DNA from: a virus
Taxonomy: Duplodnaviria > Heunggongvirae > Uroviricota > Caudoviricetes
Reading direction: 5' to 3' (one strand)
Virus record (IMG/VR): IMGVR_UViG_3300031998_000032
Location: 1 to 44,041 of that record
Length of the DNA: 44,041 nucleotides
A program made the position numbers and the translations under genes. The notes beneath the pieces were generated by a model that was not told the origin of the DNA, made no database searches, and saw only the letters and a list, made by a program, of their open reading frames with translations. This document shows positions 41,722 to 44,041 of this stretch, in pieces (within the stretch, counting starts at the first letter, position 1; the number at the start of each line of letters is the position of its first letter).

Positions 41722-42053
41722 AGTTCTGATGTTGCTAATTCATAAAGATGGAAACAATTCTCATGCACATTGACGAACTCCTCACGCGGAGGGAAAATCT
41801 GCGCTACATGCATATCGTTCGGCATGAACATATATCGTATCTCTTTAAGTTCGTAATAACCCAAAGTATGATTTGCCGATACGCTGAGATGCCACAAGCC
41901 AGCCTCATTGTTGATTATGATACTTTTACCCTTGTACTTGAAGAGGCCGGTGGAGTAAAATCCATACTTGTCTTGTCTTTCCTCATCCCTTATCTTGAAA
42001 GGGAACTGCGGAGGTGAGGGCTGTTTGTATCTCTTCAATTCTTCTATTGTCAT
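41718..42053 (-). CDS. Conserved phage hypothetical protein
   Basis: WHLSVS...ELKEIRY.F......AQIFPPREEFVNVHENCFHLY is a pattern recalled from a widespread phage DUF family. Confidence 0.7.
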   Translation of the reverse strand: MTIEELKRYKQPSPPQFPFKIRDEERQDKYGFYSTGLFKYKGKSIIINNEAGLWHLSVSANHTLGYYELKEIRYMFMPNDMHVAQIFPPREEFVNVHENCFHLYELATSEL

Positions 42054-42057
42054 AACC

Positions 42058-42294
42058 TTATCTCAATGATTTGTAATAGTTGATTGTCTTCAAGCAAGCG
42101 GAGCATGTGCATTTCTTGAGTGAGCCTCTGAATGGTTCTCCGACACGCTCATAACCTTCAAAATCGAGGTTGCTATCTGGAGTAGCAAGGCCACATGCAG
42201 TATATTCTGCTCCAAGATGAACTTCATCTACGATATGTATAACCTCACCTTGAACTTCATCGCTATCATGCATCATTATTTGTAATAGTGCCAT
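42058..42294 (-). CDS. Small Cys/His-containing protein, possibly Zn-binding
   Basis: 78 aa with H...TACG and CTCSAC. Confidence 0.6.
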   Translation of the reverse strand: MALLQIMMHDSDEVQGEVIHIVDEVHLGAEYTACGLATPDSNLDFEGYERVGEPFRGSLKKCTCSACLKTINYYKSLR

Positions 42295-42306
42295 AGTTAT
42301 TCTCTT

Positions 42307-42678
42307 TTACTTGTTTAGTTTGATTATCTCTCGGCCGTCGTCATAGACGCTTGCGTAGGAGCCATCTTTCGTGGGTTGCTTCCTTGTGGTCAAACGACGA
42401 CCGTAATAAGTAACATACAGACCACTACCTATTGTCAGACTTTCACCGATAATCTGTTCCACCTGGATGATTATACTGGACATCTGCAGTATATCCCCAA
42501 TCTTAAACCTGGCGTGTTCTGCGGCCCATTCGTCAAGGATTGTTCTTCTGCGCTGAACATAATCCATCCTCACCGTATTAAGCGCTTTATTTTCCTCATC
42601 GAAAATCTTGTGCAGTTCGGTGAATGCTTCTGAATCCGTCATAGCCACATTTATTTGGATATTGCCAAAAGAATACAA
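42307..42678 (-). CDS. Hypothetical protein
   Basis: ORF tiling the minus-strand array; the true start may be the internal MTDSEAF. Confidence 0.6.
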   Translation of the reverse strand: MYSFGNIQINVAMTDSEAFTELHKIFDEENKALNTVRMDYVQRRRTILDEWAAEHARFKIGDILQMSSIIIQVEQIIGESLTIGSGLYVTYYGRRLTTRKQPTKDGSYASVYDDGREIIKLNK

Positions 42679-43643
42679 CTCAGATATTTCGCAATGGATA
42701 CCAGCTCAGGGATATCCTTATATTTTTCTTCATCACCACGGCAGAGTGCCTGATGCATAGAGAATGTATTGTACTGCCAATGCTCGGGGTCATTGAAGAA
42801 CTCACATTTGATTTTCAGGCTCACAAAGTCATTATCCTTCAGGTATTGCTCACGTTCAGCATAAGCCTTTTCCCTTCGCTCTGTTTCCTTATCATCTGAA
42901 GAATTGCTTATGAGTGTCCATAACAGATTGTGGGCCACTTTCCCATCTAATGTGTCAATACGCTTCCGGAGAAGCTCGTCATACTCCTCTTTTGATATGT
43001 CAACCATTTTACCATTCTTCTCTGTACGGAAGATATTAAGAGCAACTCTCTCCCCTTTAGGCGTATCCATATATAAGAGCCCCTTGGTGTCGAAATCACC
43101 ATTCTTTCGGTCCGTAAGGAAAGTTTGGGCGTAGATCTTGTATTTACCATTCTCCGGCATATACGGCATGGTAATAGGAAGCATCTTGTCGAGAAAATCC
43201 GTATTGGTACTATATGTATCACTCGGCCCCTCGGCGTTAATAAAATACGCACGGTTGATGTCGTGATAAGACACCGTGCCGTCAAGAGCCTCACGACGGA
43301 ACAGGCTGCTCATACGCGGGCATTGTATCTCGGATTTCAAACCTTGCTCCTTCAGGTAATCAGAATCAAACTCGAAGGATTCTTTTGGCGCGTTCATAAA
43401 GAAGTCCTCATCGGTGATAGGTGTCAAAGGCTGATCGTTCATCAACCTTATCAGAATATTCTTGGTTATACTCCAACTATAACCGGAATGACCATCATTA
43501 CACAGGCTCTTATAGGCTTTCAAGGCCGACTTGTAGCAACTGCAGCCGTAATCAAAAGCCTTGTCGTCATCAAAGTTGAAATCAGGGTTCTCCCTCTTGC
43601 AGGCTATACGGCATTCCTGCTCTGCCCAATCTAATACACTCAT
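42651..43643 (-). CDS. Conserved phage hypothetical protein
   Basis: 330 aa with DGHSGYS...RL....PLTPITDEDF and QCPRMSSLF motifs. Confidence 0.75.
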   Translation of the reverse strand: MSVLDWAEQECRIACKRENPDFNFDDDKAFDYGCSCYKSALKAYKSLCNDGHSGYSWSITKNILIRLMNDQPLTPITDEDFFMNAPKESFEFDSDYLKEQGLKSEIQCPRMSSLFRREALDGTVSYHDINRAYFINAEGPSDTYSTNTDFLDKMLPITMPYMPENGKYKIYAQTFLTDRKNGDFDTKGLLYMDTPKGERVALNIFRTEKNGKMVDISKEEYDELLRKRIDTLDGKVAHNLLWTLISNSSDDKETERREKAYAEREQYLKDNDFVSLKIKCEFFNDPEHWQYNTFSMHQALCRGDEEKYKDIPELVSIAKYLSCILLAISK

Positions 43644-43655
43644 AGTTCTATGCTT

Positions 43656-44041
43656 TTATAATGTTTTCGGATTATTGGAACGTACCGACTCTTCTACAGC
43701 CGTGCGGATTGCCCTGGGCGACAGATTGTATACCTTCGGGAACTCACGGCATAACCTATTCTGTTTGGTCAGGCAGTTATACTCCCAAAGCTGGACGTTG
43801 GATGAAGGGATGACACCCGACTTGCCGGCCGGATGAAAGGTACGGCCTTTGATTACTACCGTCACGAGATCCTTTACTTGCTCCTCGGTAGCCTCGACGA
43901 TATCTGTCGTCTGCTTGTCTTTCCCCCGCGTATAGATGATGCGGTAGAATTTGTCATAAGTCGGTTTGATTAGCATTGGTTCTAAAATAAAGGGCAGAGA
44001 AATCCGACTCCAGGTGTGGTGTTCAGAGTCTTCATTCAATG
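43656..44041 (-). CDS. Hypothetical protein, probably 5' truncated by the window
   Basis: Minus-strand frame is open from the window edge to 43656. Confidence 0.5.
   Translation of the reverse strand, partial: LNEDSEHHTWSRISLPFILEPMLIKPTYDKFYRIIYTRGKDKQTTDIVEATEEQVKDLVTVVIKGRTFHPAGKSGVIPSSNVQLWEYNCLTKQNRLCREFPKVYNLSPRAIRTAVEESVRSNNPKTL

Noticed and set aside
1-44041. Stop-codon reassignment as in some gut Bacteroidetes phages
   Set aside because: Standard-code translation gives long intact ORFs tiling both arms, and TAA, TGA and TAG all end plausible genes.
1-44041. tRNA, rRNA, CRISPR array, integrase or att site
   Set aside because: No cloverleaf or T-loop signature outside coding DNA, no regularly spaced repeats and no recombinase motifs were recognised. 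Whether this is a free phage or a prophage cannot be decided from this window.

Overview
The whole 44 kb window reads as part of one tailed, non-contractile (siphovirus-like) bacteriophage or prophage genome. The host is most likely Bacteroidales (Prevotella/Bacteroides-like), inferred from TAnnTTTG promoter boxes, AT-rich translation starts and the gene families recognised. No host genes, integrase, tRNA or CRISPR array were seen. Plus strand 1-35319 carries: capsid and head-tail genes; tail tube; a Stealth-family sugar-1-phosphate transferase inserted in the tail operon; a tail chaperone pair with a likely -1 frameshift; a 2003-aa tape measure protein; distal tail and tail tip; paralogous fibres; a complete diversity-generating retroelement (target with VR, hairpin, avd, TR, RT; 13 of 13 VR/TR differences over 107 bp fall on TR adenines); and an 11-gene cassette of unknown function (HTH, Gly/Asn/Gln-rich Cys-Cys-Cys protein, RG/GY-rich protein, HExxH peptidase, membrane proteins). 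Minus strand 35484-44041 carries a lysis cassette (GH108 endolysin, holin, micro-peptide, u-spanin-like lipoprotein) and small accessory genes, including a T4 endonuclease V homologue, a nucleotidyltransferase-like protein and a gene split at a T10 tract. All family assignments come from motifs recognised by eye; no searches were run.
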